IMG/VR virus record: IMGVR_UViG_3300042398_000686
Coordinates: 1 to 64,000 of that record
Direction: 5' to 3' (one strand)
Origin: an uncultured virus (IMG/VR IMGVR_UViG_3300042398_000686)
Taxonomy: Duplodnaviria > Heunggongvirae > Uroviricota > Caudoviricetes
DNA: 64,000 nucleotides
In this document: in pieces, positions 1-9,200 of the stretch
How positions within the stretch are numbered: position 1 is the first letter of the stretch
How the letters are laid out: each line of letters begins with the position of its first letter
Position numbers and translations under genes: made by a program
The notes under the pieces: model-generated
Databases searched by the model: none
The model's input: the letters and a program-made list of their open reading frames with translations, nothing else
What the model was told of the DNA's origin: nothing

Positions 1-6
1 TGCCAT
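1..6 (-). CDS. Start (ATG GCA) of a gene running off the window; probably tape measure protein
   Basis: ATG at 6 lies downstream of an ATATTTAT motif (24-31). Its position after sheath-tube-chaperone is where tape measure genes usually sit (synteny inference only). Confidence 0.35.
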
Positions 7-32
7 AAAAGTGTATTATATGGATAAATATG

Positions 33-58
33 AAAAGCCCTACTTTCGTGGGGCTTTT
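33..58 (-). terminator. Rho-independent terminator
   Basis: AAAAGCCCCAC-GAAA-GTAGGGCTTTT hairpin overlapping the stop of the frameshift extension. Confidence 0.7.
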
Positions 59-300
59 GCTGTATATGTTGGTTTAGTTGATGGTTTAACAGTTGTTGCT
101 GTTTTAGATTGCATCATTTTTTGTTGTTTTTCGGAATCCGTTTTTTGTTTATCGTAATGTTCACGAATTTTATGATAAATAAATTCACGATACATTATTG
201 GTAAATTGTATATAGTATCCCAATCATAACCACCCTGTCCATAAAAGCATATTTCATGGATTTTAGTGAATAAGTATTCTCTATACTTGGAAGTCAGGCC
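40..300 (-). CDS. Frameshift extension (GT-like) of tail assembly chaperone, not in ORF track
   Basis: 87-codon open frame (GLTSKYREYLFTKIHEICFYGQGGYDWDTIYNLP...APRK*) beginning right after the T7 run at 301-307, in the +1/-2 frame of ORF 281..1042. Confidence 0.75.
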   Translation of the reverse strand, partial: GLTSKYREYLFTKIHEICFYGQGGYDWDTIYNLPIMYREFIYHKIREHYDKQKTDSEKQQKMMQSKTATTVKPSTKPTYTAKAPRK

Positions 301-1042
301 AAAAAAAGCTAATCCCTATAGGGATAACTACGCCCTCCTGTACGTATCCATCCTTATCAATAGTGACTGTGGTATCTATGTCAGGTGAAATATCGTTGTA
401 ATATTTTTTAAATGCTCTTGAATCTGGTGCTAGTAAATAATTGTCTATAAAATCATATATTGGTACCTTGTCTGTTTTTCCATTAACAGATGTAATCATA
501 TGTTTTAAACGTGTTATGTTTTCATATGAAGCATTAGCATCTATTTTTTGTAAACCTTTAATTTCAGCATCAATAGATTTTTCATCTTTACCTGTTAATA
601 ATTTAAATGTTACTTTATTTCCTGATTTAGGAAGTGTAAAATCAAATTCATTTTTACCTTGAGTAAATAATGCCTCGTCTATTGGTTTTTCTTCTAGTTT
701 AGTTAAATCAACAGTGTAATCTTCATCTTTTCCAGTAGCTTGGTTTCTAAACTGGAATGTGTAGTCGTGTCCGTATCCTAATACACGAGCAGCAAATAAG
801 ATTGCATTTTTATCTCCTGTTACTAAATCATCAATATCAACAGGTGATACTACAAGTGATTTTAACAATTTATCAATTGCTGTTCCTTGTTTAATAAAGT
901 TAATATTGGTTAAAATATCTTCATCTTTAGCGCTCATATAGCGCATTTCAATTTCACCTTTAGCTAATAGTGATGTTTCAGGATAAACAAGACCTTTAGA
1001 GGGTAAAGTAATAATTTCGGTTGGAAATTTGAAATCTGTCAT
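281..1042 (-). CDS. Tail assembly chaperone / T4 gp26-like baseplate hub assembly protein
   Basis: LPSKG..Y, M.AKDEDIL, GDKNAILFAAR..GYG motifs, ending in FFWPD; lies directly downstream of the tail tube gene. Confidence 0.75.
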   Translation of the reverse strand: MTDFKFPTEIITLPSKGLVYPETSLLAKGEIEMRYMSAKDEDILTNINFIKQGTAIDKLLKSLVVSPVDIDDLVTGDKNAILFAARVLGYGHDYTFQFRNQATGKDEDYTVDLTKLEEKPIDEALFTQGKNEFDFTLPKSGNKVTFKLLTGKDEKSIDAEIKGLQKIDANASYENITRLKHMITSVNGKTDKVPIYDFIDNYLLAPDSRAFKKYYNDISPDIDTTVTIDKDGYVQEGVVIPIGISFFWPDFQV

Positions 1043-1095
1043 AAACTTAAATTTTATTTTTATATATATAAATATAACGAAAGAATGTTTCTCAT

Positions 1096-1125
1096 AAAAA
1101 AACCCGATATTTCTATCGGGTTCTT
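1096..1125 (-). terminator. Rho-independent terminator after tail tube
   Basis: AACCCGAT-AGAAAT-ATCGGGTT followed by a T-run on the minus strand. Confidence 0.75.
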
Positions 1126-1147
1126 TATATTTAATATAATTCTTGTA

Positions 1148-1639
1148 TTAGTAATTCAAGATACAATAATCCATTCCAATTGTTAGAGTAAGATTTACGG
1201 CTTCGGTATATGTTGACCAATCGTAATCATCAAAGTTTCCTGTTTTAATAAAAGCTCCTTTAATTACCCACTCTGATACTACATCCCCTACAGGACCTAA
1301 TACGTTGAATGTTATATCTTTTTTATAGAAATCCGAGTAACCTGCTCTACCTGTGATAGATTCATATGCTAAACGAGCCCATTCCATTACTACCTGTGCA
1401 CCTGATGGAGCAATTGGGTCAAATAATGTAAATGTCATGTCTCCCCATAATCTTTTTCCACTACGGATTTTTCTATAAGTGTTGATGTGATCTAGAATAA
1501 TTTCACCATCATCAAAATTTACGGCACTTACTCCTTTGATTATATATGATGGGATACCGTTTACATACATTATAAACCTGTTTGGAACTTTAGGTTCATA
1601 TTGAGTAAACATCATCTGGTTTGCGTTTAATATCGGCAT
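1148..1639 (-). CDS. gp19: Tail tube protein (T4 gp19-like)
   Basis: 163 aa; EPK..NRF, W.D.TFTL.D, YKKDI, W.IKGAF motifs; follows the sheath gene. Confidence 0.9.
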   Translation of the reverse strand: MPILNANQMMFTQYEPKVPNRFIMYVNGIPSYIIKGVSAVNFDDGEIILDHINTYRKIRSGKRLWGDMTFTLFDPIAPSGAQVVMEWARLAYESITGRAGYSDFYKKDITFNVLGPVGDVVSEWVIKGAFIKTGNFDDYDWSTYTEAVNLTLTIGMDYCILNY

Positions 1640-1679
1640 GTTCTCTGTGTATTTATTGTTTGTTAATTATAAATATTAA

Positions 1680-3464
1680 TTAAGATGGGAACTCAACACC
1701 AGTTGGTAAAATTGTGAAATCTAATATTACGAATTCAGCAGTTTTAGTTGGTTGGATATAAATTTGACCAATTAATTGATTTCTATCTACTACACTTGGT
1801 GTATTATTTGACTCATCCATTACTACTTTATAAGCAAATAAACCTTGTCTTTGTACTACACTGTCTAAGTATGGATTAATTTGATTTAAAAATGCATTTC
1901 TTGTAGTAGCAGTGTTTTGTTCAAATACTAATCCACGAGCTACACCACCAATAAATCCTTTTAATGCAATTAACAATCTTCTAACATTTACTCTATCTAA
2001 AGCTGTTGCTTTTTGTTGTAATGTTTTCTGACCAAATACTACAACACCGTTTCCAGGGAATGTAGCTAATGGGTTTACATTATCTAAATATAAGTTGTTT
2101 CTGTCGTTTAATGACAATCTTCTTTCAACTCTTGTTACATTTGGGATACCACCTCTAGTAATACCTGCTGGTGCAAACCATGGAGCAGCTACTTCATCAT
2201 TGAAAGCAAATACACCTCCCATTAATACTGAAGAAGGAACCCATACTAATTTACCCATTGCTGAGCTAAATACTTGACACCATGGCCAGTATGTTGCTGC
2301 GTAGCTTGAATTTGAAGCATTTGCTGCTGTTTTAGCGCTTGTTATTGAACCACCATAAGGTACTGGGTCAACTACTGCTAAAGCATCTGCTCTTCCTTCA
2401 CATAATGCGATTGGATCAGCTCCGTTTGAACCTATTGCAGGTGCAGTACCAGCATTAAGGAATAAACCAGGAGTCATTAATAAATTAAATTGATATTCGT
2501 CTGTGTTGTTTAATAAATTTAAAGCAACAGCATAATCTGCAGCTGTAAATCCTTGAGCATTTGTAGCAGCTGTTGTTATGTTTTCAAACATAAATTTACC
2601 TAAGTTAGTATCTGCAATACCACCATTAAATGCTCCTGCTAATGAACCACTTCCTAAGTTTGGTAAACTACCACTAAATGAAGCAGATATATAATTTCCA
2701 TTATTGTCAAATGTATTATATTGTGCTTGAGCAACATCTGCTACTCTTATATATCTTGAAGCATTCGGGAAATCACCTTGAACATCAATATATCCTTGAC
2801 CATCAGCTGCTGAGTAAGTATATACTGGTTTAGTATTACCAATTACTCTAGCAATATAGTTAGGTTGATTAACATCCATTGATAGGTTGTTCCATGTTTC
2901 AAGAACATTTGGTTGAGCAGCATTATCATTACCACTTCTAACTAATAAAGTAAATGTACCTCTTGAGTAATCTACTTGATTAATTTCCCAACGAACGTTA
3001 GTAGCACTTCCTGTTACTAGAGCTCCTGAAGATAATACACTTCCTGAGTTGTTCATTTGGTTACCCCATGCTAAAGTTTCTAATTCAAAACTTGATGATG
3101 CTGGGAATTCTGATGCTGTAGAACCACTTATCGGAATACTTGCAGATGCAAATGATTGCAATGCTGATGAACCTGTCCCAGCATGTGTAATTCTTGTTAC
3201 TAACAATGTGTTTCCACCATTGTCAAAATAATTTTTAGCTGCTAATGAGGTAAAATATTCAAAATTACCGTTAGCACCACTTTCAAAAGTACTTCCAAAT
3301 TTTGCAACATAATCACTATATGTAGTAACTAATGTTGGAATATATGGAATACCATTAACTGTAGGACCTACAATAGCTGCTCCAGCTTCGATTGGGCCTT
3401 GAGTTACTGCACTCTGGTCATTTTCATTGGTGTAAACACCAGGAGAAATAATTGCTTCTGCCAT
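1680..3464 (-). CDS. gp18: Tail sheath protein
   Basis: N-terminal SPGVY..E.D; YAATYWPW, WFAPAG..RG, VVFGQKTLQ...ALDRVNVRRL and PTKTAEFVILDF C-terminal motifs. Confidence 0.97.
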   Translation of the reverse strand: MAEAIISPGVYTNENDQSAVTQGPIEAGAAIVGPTVNGIPYIPTLVTTYSDYVAKFGSTFESGANGNFEYFTSLAAKNYFDNGGNTLLVTRITHAGTGSSALQSFASASIPISGSTASEFPASSSFELETLAWGNQMNNSGSVLSSGALVTGSATNVRWEINQVDYSRGTFTLLVRSGNDNAAQPNVLETWNNLSMDVNQPNYIARVIGNTKPVYTYSAADGQGYIDVQGDFPNASRYIRVADVAQAQYNTFDNNGNYISASFSGSLPNLGSGSLAGAFNGGIADTNLGKFMFENITTAATNAQGFTAADYAVALNLLNNTDEYQFNLLMTPGLFLNAGTAPAIGSNGADPIALCEGRADALAVVDPVPYGGSITSAKTAANASNSSYAATYWPWCQVFSSAMGKLVWVPSSVLMGGVFAFNDEVAAPWFAPAGITRGGIPNVTRVERRLSLNDRNNLYLDNVNPLATFPGNGVVVFGQKTLQQKATALDRVNVRRLLIALKGFIGGVARGLVFEQNTATTRNAFLNQINPYLDSVVQRQGLFAYKVVMDESNNTPSVVDRNQLIGQIYIQPTKTAEFVILDFTILPTGVEFPS

Positions 3465-3545
3465 TTTATGTTATTGTTTTTAATTTCTAATAGAGTTTTG
3501 TTCTAATAATAAATATTCTAAAAGAACTGTAAAACAACATTTATC

Positions 3546-3815
3546 TTATCCAAGTTCGCCTGTTTCTAAATTAACTTGTTTGTCACCGTATTTATCACCT
3601 AAATTTTTAACTATTTCTAATCTCTGCTCATTTACTTTAAAAGCATGTTCAGCTAAACGATTTTTCTCTTTAGTTAAATTCTCTAAATCTAATGCAATTA
3701 ATCCAACATTAAATAAAGCTGTTTGATATTCTTGATGAATATCTCTAAATTCTTGTAACTCTTCTGGGGTTAAATGTGTTTGGTTTTCTGTTTGTTTTTC
3801 CGTTTGTTTTATCAT
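3546..3815 (-). CDS. Small coiled-coil hypothetical protein (possible fibre chaperone)
   Basis: 89 aa, heptad-like, C-terminal KYG..VNLETGE. Confidence 0.6.
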   Translation of the reverse strand: MIKQTEKQTENQTHLTPEELQEFRDIHQEYQTALFNVGLIALDLENLTKEKNRLAEHAFKVNEQRLEIVKNLGDKYGDKQVNLETGELG

Positions 3816-3831
3816 AATTATAACTTTTTAT

Positions 3832-4074
3832 TTATTCATCCCATTTATTTGCGGGACATGGGTTTACTTCTGGGTTTTTTAATGAAAATATTTTTTTATT
3901 TAGTGGACATAAACATATACCACAATAATAAAATTCAATTATATTTTCATTTTCTTGTCTGTATTCACACCCGTTACACACATTTAGTCTTTTTTCAGCT
4001 AATTCTTTTTCTTCTGGTGTCGGGTTGGCTGCTGTTATCCAAGCGCTTGCTATTTCTTTAAATTTTCTTAACAT
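3832..4074 (-). CDS. Small Cys-rich metal-binding protein
   Basis: R..C.GC ... CGICLCPL ... CPANKW pattern. Confidence 0.65.
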   Translation of the reverse strand: MLRKFKEIASAWITAANPTPEEKELAEKRLNVCNGCEYRQENENIIEFYYCGICLCPLNKKIFSLKNPEVNPCPANKWDE

Positions 4075-4089
4075 AACGTAACGTTTTTT

Positions 4090-4121
4090 ATATTATACGA
4101 AAAATATTTTAAATATCCAAA
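4090..4121 (-). promoter_or_regulatory. Host-type promoter candidate
   Basis: TTTG-N20-TATAATAT upstream of the Cys-rich gene; weak match to the -7 box. Confidence 0.4.
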
Positions 4122-4126
4122 TTTTT

Positions 4127-6031
4127 TTAAAAAGGAGTATCAGAACTCCATGTTACCCCATTAATATTATTTACAACTATATTCAATCCACTTGAGTCTG
4201 TTAATAATCCAGCATTATCTGTAGCTAATAACAATAATTTAGTGTTAGCTGATGGTGATAATGGTGCTGTTGGTGGTGTAAAATCACTGTTATATAAGGC
4301 AGTTCCGTTAACAAAATTAAAGTTAGTTATTTTTCCTGGGAATTTCCAACTTGACGGAGTTCTTCCTGTATTTCCAATGATTAATTTTGATAATAATGGT
4401 TGTAAATTTACATTTCCTAAAGTATAATCACTTGGGTTAGCAAAAGTACCATTAATGTATATTTTTAATGAGGTTCCTACTCTAACAAGTGCAATATGAG
4501 TCCAGTCTAATAATGTTGTAAGAGGTACGTTAGTATCAAAAACATATTGTTGGAATGTATCATTTACCACTGGGTTGATGTAACACCTTATATTAGGAGC
4601 ACCGTCATCTTGAAGAGTAAAATATAAAAAATCTAAGTCTGAATTGTATATAGAAAATGGAGTTATATTATTAAGGGTATCATCGAAAGTAGTAAGTTTT
4701 TGGAACCATTCAATTGTAAAATCATTATATCCTAATGAATAATTACTATTTGTTAAATTTGTAATAGCATACCTACCTAATTCATTCCCAAAATCTATAC
4801 TACCCCCAGTAGTAGGTGCTGAACTTAGTGATGGTGTTATACTAGGCGTTACACTTGGTGTAATTGATATACTTGGTGTATTACTTGGTGTAACACTAGG
4901 TGTTACAGATATACTAGGTACAATTGATGTACTTGGTGTAATACTAGGTGATATACTTATACTTGGTGTTACACTAGGTGTGATTGATATACTTGGAGTA
5001 ATACTTGGTGTTACAGATATACTAGGTATAATTGATGTACTTGGTGTAATACTAGGTGATATACTTATACTTGGTGTTACACTAGGCGTAATTGATATAC
5101 TTGGTGTAATTGATATACTTGGTATTACACTAGGTAAAGGTTGACTAACTCTTGGGGCAGTAGGAGCTGCTATTCTCCCATCAGCATTAACTGAAGTTTC
5201 GGCGGTAATGGAAACAATTGATTTAGAGAAGAATTGTTTTTTACCATTTGTAGCCATATCTCTATTGATAGTGTCAGGAATAATATAACCATAAAGTGTT
5301 AAATTCATACTTGTTTTGGCTATACGTTGATCACTCACACCATATTCATTTGTAGAGTCAAATCTATCAATATATGTTCTAAATTGAAAACGATTTTTAT
5401 CACCCCAATACGAATCTGACGCAAACTCTACTGATTCGACGATTTTGTTGTTTTCTTGAATAAAATTGGTAATAATGGCGCATTCGTACGTTATATTAAC
5501 ATAATCTGGTACAGGAGTTAAATAGAATTTCTCAGATGGTGTTACGTTATTTAAAACATCAAAATTGGTGTATTGATTTTGAGAATTATACCTAGCTCTA
5601 GCAACAGCAAAGTTATTTACATTATTACCATCTAATTTATTTGCTAATGTTCTATTTTTTTCAAATCCAGTTCTTCTTACAATAATGTATGGATGCATTG
5701 CTTTTCCATTCTTATCTCTAAAATACCCATCTTTTTGAACAGATACCCATCTTTCAGCAGAAGCATAAGAAACAGGTACAGGTATTTGATTACCATTTTG
5801 AACTATTGTTGGTTTTATAATATTATTAAAGTAAAAGAATACAGCATCATCAATATCTTGTAATCCAATTGAAAATGGTTTAACATCGTTTTCAATATCA
5901 ACAGATATTTGACTAGCTCTAGTTATTAAATCTTCAGGTAATATAGGTTTTGTACCTGGTATGTACGGTTCTATATATTCATTTAAAGCACGAGCTGGTG
6001 TATTTGGTAATATTGGTAATTGATTTGCCAT
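4127..6031 (-). CDS. gp15: Tail terminator (T4 gp15-like) fused to Pro/Ser/Thr repeat stalk and C-terminal LamG/ConA-like lectin domain
   Basis: N-terminal IPVPVSYA..ERW and PVPDYVNITY motifs; [10 protein letters not shown] repeats; DFTIEW...WTHIALVR...KIYING...GKITNF LamG signature. Confidence 0.75.
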   Translation of the reverse strand: MANQLPILPNTPARALNEYIEPYIPGTKPILPEDLITRASQISVDIENDVKPFSIGLQDIDDAVFFYFNNIIKPTIVQNGNQIPVPVSYASAERWVSVQKDGYFRDKNGKAMHPYIIVRRTGFEKNRTLANKLDGNNVNNFAVARARYNSQNQYTNFDVLNNVTPSEKFYLTPVPDYVNITYECAIITNFIQENNKIVESVEFASDSYWGDKNRFQFRTYIDRFDSTNEYGVSDQRIAKTSMNLTLYGYIIPDTINRDMATNGKKQFFSKSIVSITAETSVNADGRIAAPTAPRVSQPLPSVIPSISITPSISITPSVTPSISISPSITPSTSIIPSISVTPSITPSISITPSVTPSISISPSITPSTSIVPSISVTPSVTPSNTPSISITPSVTPSITPSLSSAPTTGGSIDFGNELGRYAITNLTNSNYSLGYNDFTIEWFQKLTTFDDTLNNITPFSIYNSDLDFLYFTLQDDGAPNIRCYINPVVNDTFQQYVFDTNVPLTTLLDWTHIALVRVGTSLKIYINGTFANPSDYTLGNVNLQPLLSKLIIGNTGRTPSSWKFPGKITNFNFVNGTALYNSDFTPPTAPLSPSANTKLLLLATDNAGLLTDSSGLNIVVNNINGVTWSSDTPF

Positions 6032-6531
6032 TATCTAGTTTGAGTTAATCCTAATGATTCTGGTGATACATAATGTGCATTACAAATTATTGAAAAACTT
6101 GCTCCAAAATCATCTAAGTAAGCCCCTCCATAATTGTATTGAGGTACTTTACCTACTATGTCTTGGTTTTCGTTTACTAAATTAACTTCATAATAATCAT
6201 TATTCCATAAAACAACATCACCTATTTGAGGTACTACGTTTTGGTCAACTAAATCTCTTCTTAAAAATCTAAATGAAAAATTTCTAGTAAAGTCAGGTCC
6301 GATTTGAGCATCATAATCACCTTCATAATCACCTCTGTCAATTAAACATTGAATTAAAACAGGCGGATAGTACATTTTAGTACCATTAGCTGCTTCACCA
6401 TATACATTTACAGAGGTTTCATCTAGTGATATTTGATAATATCCTATGTTTTGTTCAATGATGTTATGAATTAACTCTCTGTTAATAACATGAAAAAATG
6501 AAATATCTCTAGATGAACCGTATAAAGCCAT
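6031..6531 (-). CDS. gp14: Neck/head-closure protein (T4 gp14-like)
   Basis: NVYGEA...Y.P and P.IGDVVLWNNDYYEV motifs; immediately upstream of the gp15-like gene. Confidence 0.7.
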   Translation of the reverse strand: MALYGSSRDISFFHVINRELIHNIIEQNIGYYQISLDETSVNVYGEAANGTKMYYPPVLIQCLIDRGDYEGDYDAQIGPDFTRNFSFRFLRRDLVDQNVVPQIGDVVLWNNDYYEVNLVNENQDIVGKVPQYNYGGAYLDDFGASFSIICNAHYVSPESLGLTQTR

Positions 6532-6548
6532 ATTGTTTATTTAATATT

Positions 6549-7913
6549 TTAAAAACATGTAGAAAATAATGTTCCACCAATTGTTATCGTTGTAGAAGTT
6601 GAATTTACTACATATTGTTGATAAACATCTTCCATAAAGAATGGATCGTAACCTACAAGTTGATACCAGTTCTCAGCTATAGAATACAGTAATGTAAAGG
6701 TATTTCCACCATCATCTGAAGCATAATATTTACCGTCACTACCTGAAAATATATTATAAGCAGGAGTGTTACATGGGCCAAAAGGAGTCCAATCATTAGC
6801 ATAAAATGAATATGATATACCTGGTGGTGTTGTACTTGGAGTGATACTTGGTGTTACACTTGGTGTTACACTAGGTGTTTTACTAATCGAAATTGAAGGT
6901 GTTACACTAGGCGTTACACTAGGTGTTTTACTTATACTAATACTAGGTGTTGTACTTGGTGTTACACTTGGTGTTCTACTGACACTAATACTAGGTGTTG
7001 GTGATGGTGGCGGACATAGATTTATAGCTGTACATTCATTACAATTCACATATCCTAAATTACCATCCCATGTTACAGTTGCTGTTGGTTCAATAGAACT
7101 ATTTACAAAGAAACATTCACCTGTTGTTGATATTACAGTCAAACCTATAAATGCATCTGATATTAACATTCCTTCTTTTCTACTATTACAACAACTATAA
7201 ACTGAATGTATTTGAAGTGGTGGAGAAGTTGATGGTGTTCTACTTGGTGTTGTACTTGGTGTTATTGATGGTGTTATTGATGGTGTAACACTTGGTGTTG
7301 TTGATACTGATGGGTCATCGCAATATCCTTGAATATAGAAATTACCTGCATTATCCCATATATCTATACTAAGAGCACAAATACTAGGACCAAACTCTCC
7401 GTTAGGTACAGTAGCCATATTTCCTGATACTCCGTTACAATCTGTGTAATATACTGTTACAGGTCCTATTAATTCCCAGTTATAACAATTTGTATTAGAT
7501 GGGCATGAATTTCCAGTTAAATTCAATGATCCTGGGTTGGATACATAAGATATAGATTTAGCACAAAATGATCCTGAAAATCCGAATCCTGCTATTATTT
7601 CTTGAGGATTTCCATTACAATCTACATAACTTATATCTAAAAATGATCGTCCTACATTATTAACAAATGAATAGTTAAAACAACATTCACCTAAATTAAC
7701 AGTAAAATTAGCAGTCATAGTTGTATTATCTATAAGTTGCCATCCTGTTAATGGAATATCAGTATCAGTATAATTTACAGGTGTCCCATCATATGGCCAA
7801 TTTATAATTTCCCAATAAGGTCCAGTCCATATCATTTGCATACCATATTGAGTTGATGTCCAATATGGGCGTCCATTTAAGTATCCTGTGAATGTAAAGC
7901 TTATGTTTAACAT
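6549..7913 (-). CDS. Cys-rich, mucin-like virion surface protein
   Basis: Two 4-Cys modules, two TPS repeat tracts, and a C-terminal region paralogous to that of 54416..57031. Confidence 0.7.
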   Translation of the reverse strand: MLNISFTFTGYLNGRPYWTSTQYGMQMIWTGPYWEIINWPYDGTPVNYTDTDIPLTGWQLIDNTTMTANFTVNLGECCFNYSFVNNVGRSFLDISYVDCNGNPQEIIAGFGFSGSFCAKSISYVSNPGSLNLTGNSCPSNTNCYNWELIGPVTVYYTDCNGVSGNMATVPNGEFGPSICALSIDIWDNAGNFYIQGYCDDPSVSTTPSVTPSITPSITPSTTPSRTPSTSPPLQIHSVYSCCNSRKEGMLISDAFIGLTVISTTGECFFVNSSIEPTATVTWDGNLGYVNCNECTAINLCPPPSPTPSISVSRTPSVTPSTTPSISISKTPSVTPSVTPSISISKTPSVTPSVTPSITPSTTPPGISYSFYANDWTPFGPCNTPAYNIFSGSDGKYYASDDGGNTFTLLYSIAENWYQLVGYDPFFMEDVYQQYVVNSTSTTITIGGTLFSTCF

Positions 7914-7922
7914 TTATATATT

Positions 7923-9200
7923 TTAATTACAAGGGTTAGTATTGCTGATTGTTCCTACCTGCCAATAAATATTATCATTACAATTTATTGTTTTATCATA
8001 GCTACCACCCGGTGTTGTTCTAAATTGTCTTGAACCTGTATTAAAATAGTTTTTAGTAGTTCCATCCCAAGCTGATATATTTAATTGAGATGCTACTTCA
8101 TCTATTCTACAAGCAAATCCATAATATTCACTTGCAGCAAATACTAACCCTATGATTTTGTAAACTCCATTAAAATCAGCTATTAAAGCTGATCCTGAGT
8201 CTCCACCTACTACAGGAAAAGGGCATTGTACACTAGTTCTAGTAAATCCTATAATTCTACTAAAAGTTACAGGAACCTTAGTTCCATCTAAATTATAACC
8301 AGATGGTGGTGGTGGGCTTGATGATCCTACAGGTACTGTCATATTTAAAGCAAAAGTTGTTAACCCACATAACCCACCAAATTTTACTCCTGATGTTCTT
8401 CCACTACTATATATAGGAGGATTAGTGTATAACAATTGATCAATTTCTGCTGCTGTAGCAAAAGGCATTGGAGTACTATAAGCTAAACCATATTGTTTAA
8501 ATGATTCAGCATTAGTTACGGTTGAAGGTGCTATAGTAACTAATGCTCCATCTACTTGATTATAAGCATTAGCATGTATAGGAACATATCTTGCTACTTC
8601 TCCTATTACATATGCTGAGTTTGTGTTTGGCGGGTTAGTTTCCCAAGGTGAAGGCTGCCATACTATATCTTGATATTCATTTACAGGTGAGGCGTTTCTT
8701 AATGCTGTGTAAAATGCATTTCCTATTACAACGTGGTTATTAGTTACTCCTACTAAGGCATTCTTTGTATTATCTACTGCTATGAATCCTAATGTACCCA
8801 TGTAACCTGATTGGTTCTGTGATATTGAAGAAATACCTCCTTTTAAAGGTCTAATGTATCCTCTATTTCCTGGTGGTATATTTAACCCATATTGTACTCC
8901 ATCATATATAAAGGGTGCTCTCCAATTATAGCAAGTATTTAAAGTAGTAGTACTACATGACATTAATTCTATTTTTCCAATTTCAACAACATCGGTTTTA
9001 TAAATAACACCATCAATTTCAATTTCCTTAGGTAATAATTCATCTTCAGGTATTTCTTCAATAGGACGTTTTTTATCTACAGTAAAAATAATAGCATGTT
9101 CTTCTGTATATTCTCTATTTTTAAGTCTAAAACCGAAACCTACCCCAACATAGTTTGGGGTAGATTCGTATAATTCTTCTATTTTTTTATTTGTTATCAT
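7923..9200 (-). CDS. Trypsin-like (S1/Nal1-like) serine protease with N-terminal prodomain
   Basis: GTLG, TNNHV (His), VDGAL (Asp), SGRTSG, GDSGS (Ser), GLVFA. Confidence 0.85.
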   Translation of the reverse strand: MITNKKIEELYESTPNYVGVGFGFRLKNREYTEEHAIIFTVDKKRPIEEIPEDELLPKEIEIDGVIYKTDVVEIGKIELMSCSTTTLNTCYNWRAPFIYDGVQYGLNIPPGNRGYIRPLKGGISSISQNQSGYMGTLGFIAVDNTKNALVGVTNNHVVIGNAFYTALRNASPVNEYQDIVWQPSPWETNPPNTNSAYVIGEVARYVPIHANAYNQVDGALVTIAPSTVTNAESFKQYGLAYSTPMPFATAAEIDQLLYTNPPIYSSGRTSGVKFGGLCGLTTFALNMTVPVGSSSPPPPSGYNLDGTKVPVTFSRIIGFTRTSVQCPFPVVGGDSGSALIADFNGVYKIIGLVFAASEYYGFACRIDEVASQLNISAWDGTTKNYFNTGSRQFRTTPGGSYDKTINCNDNIYWQVGTISNTNPCN

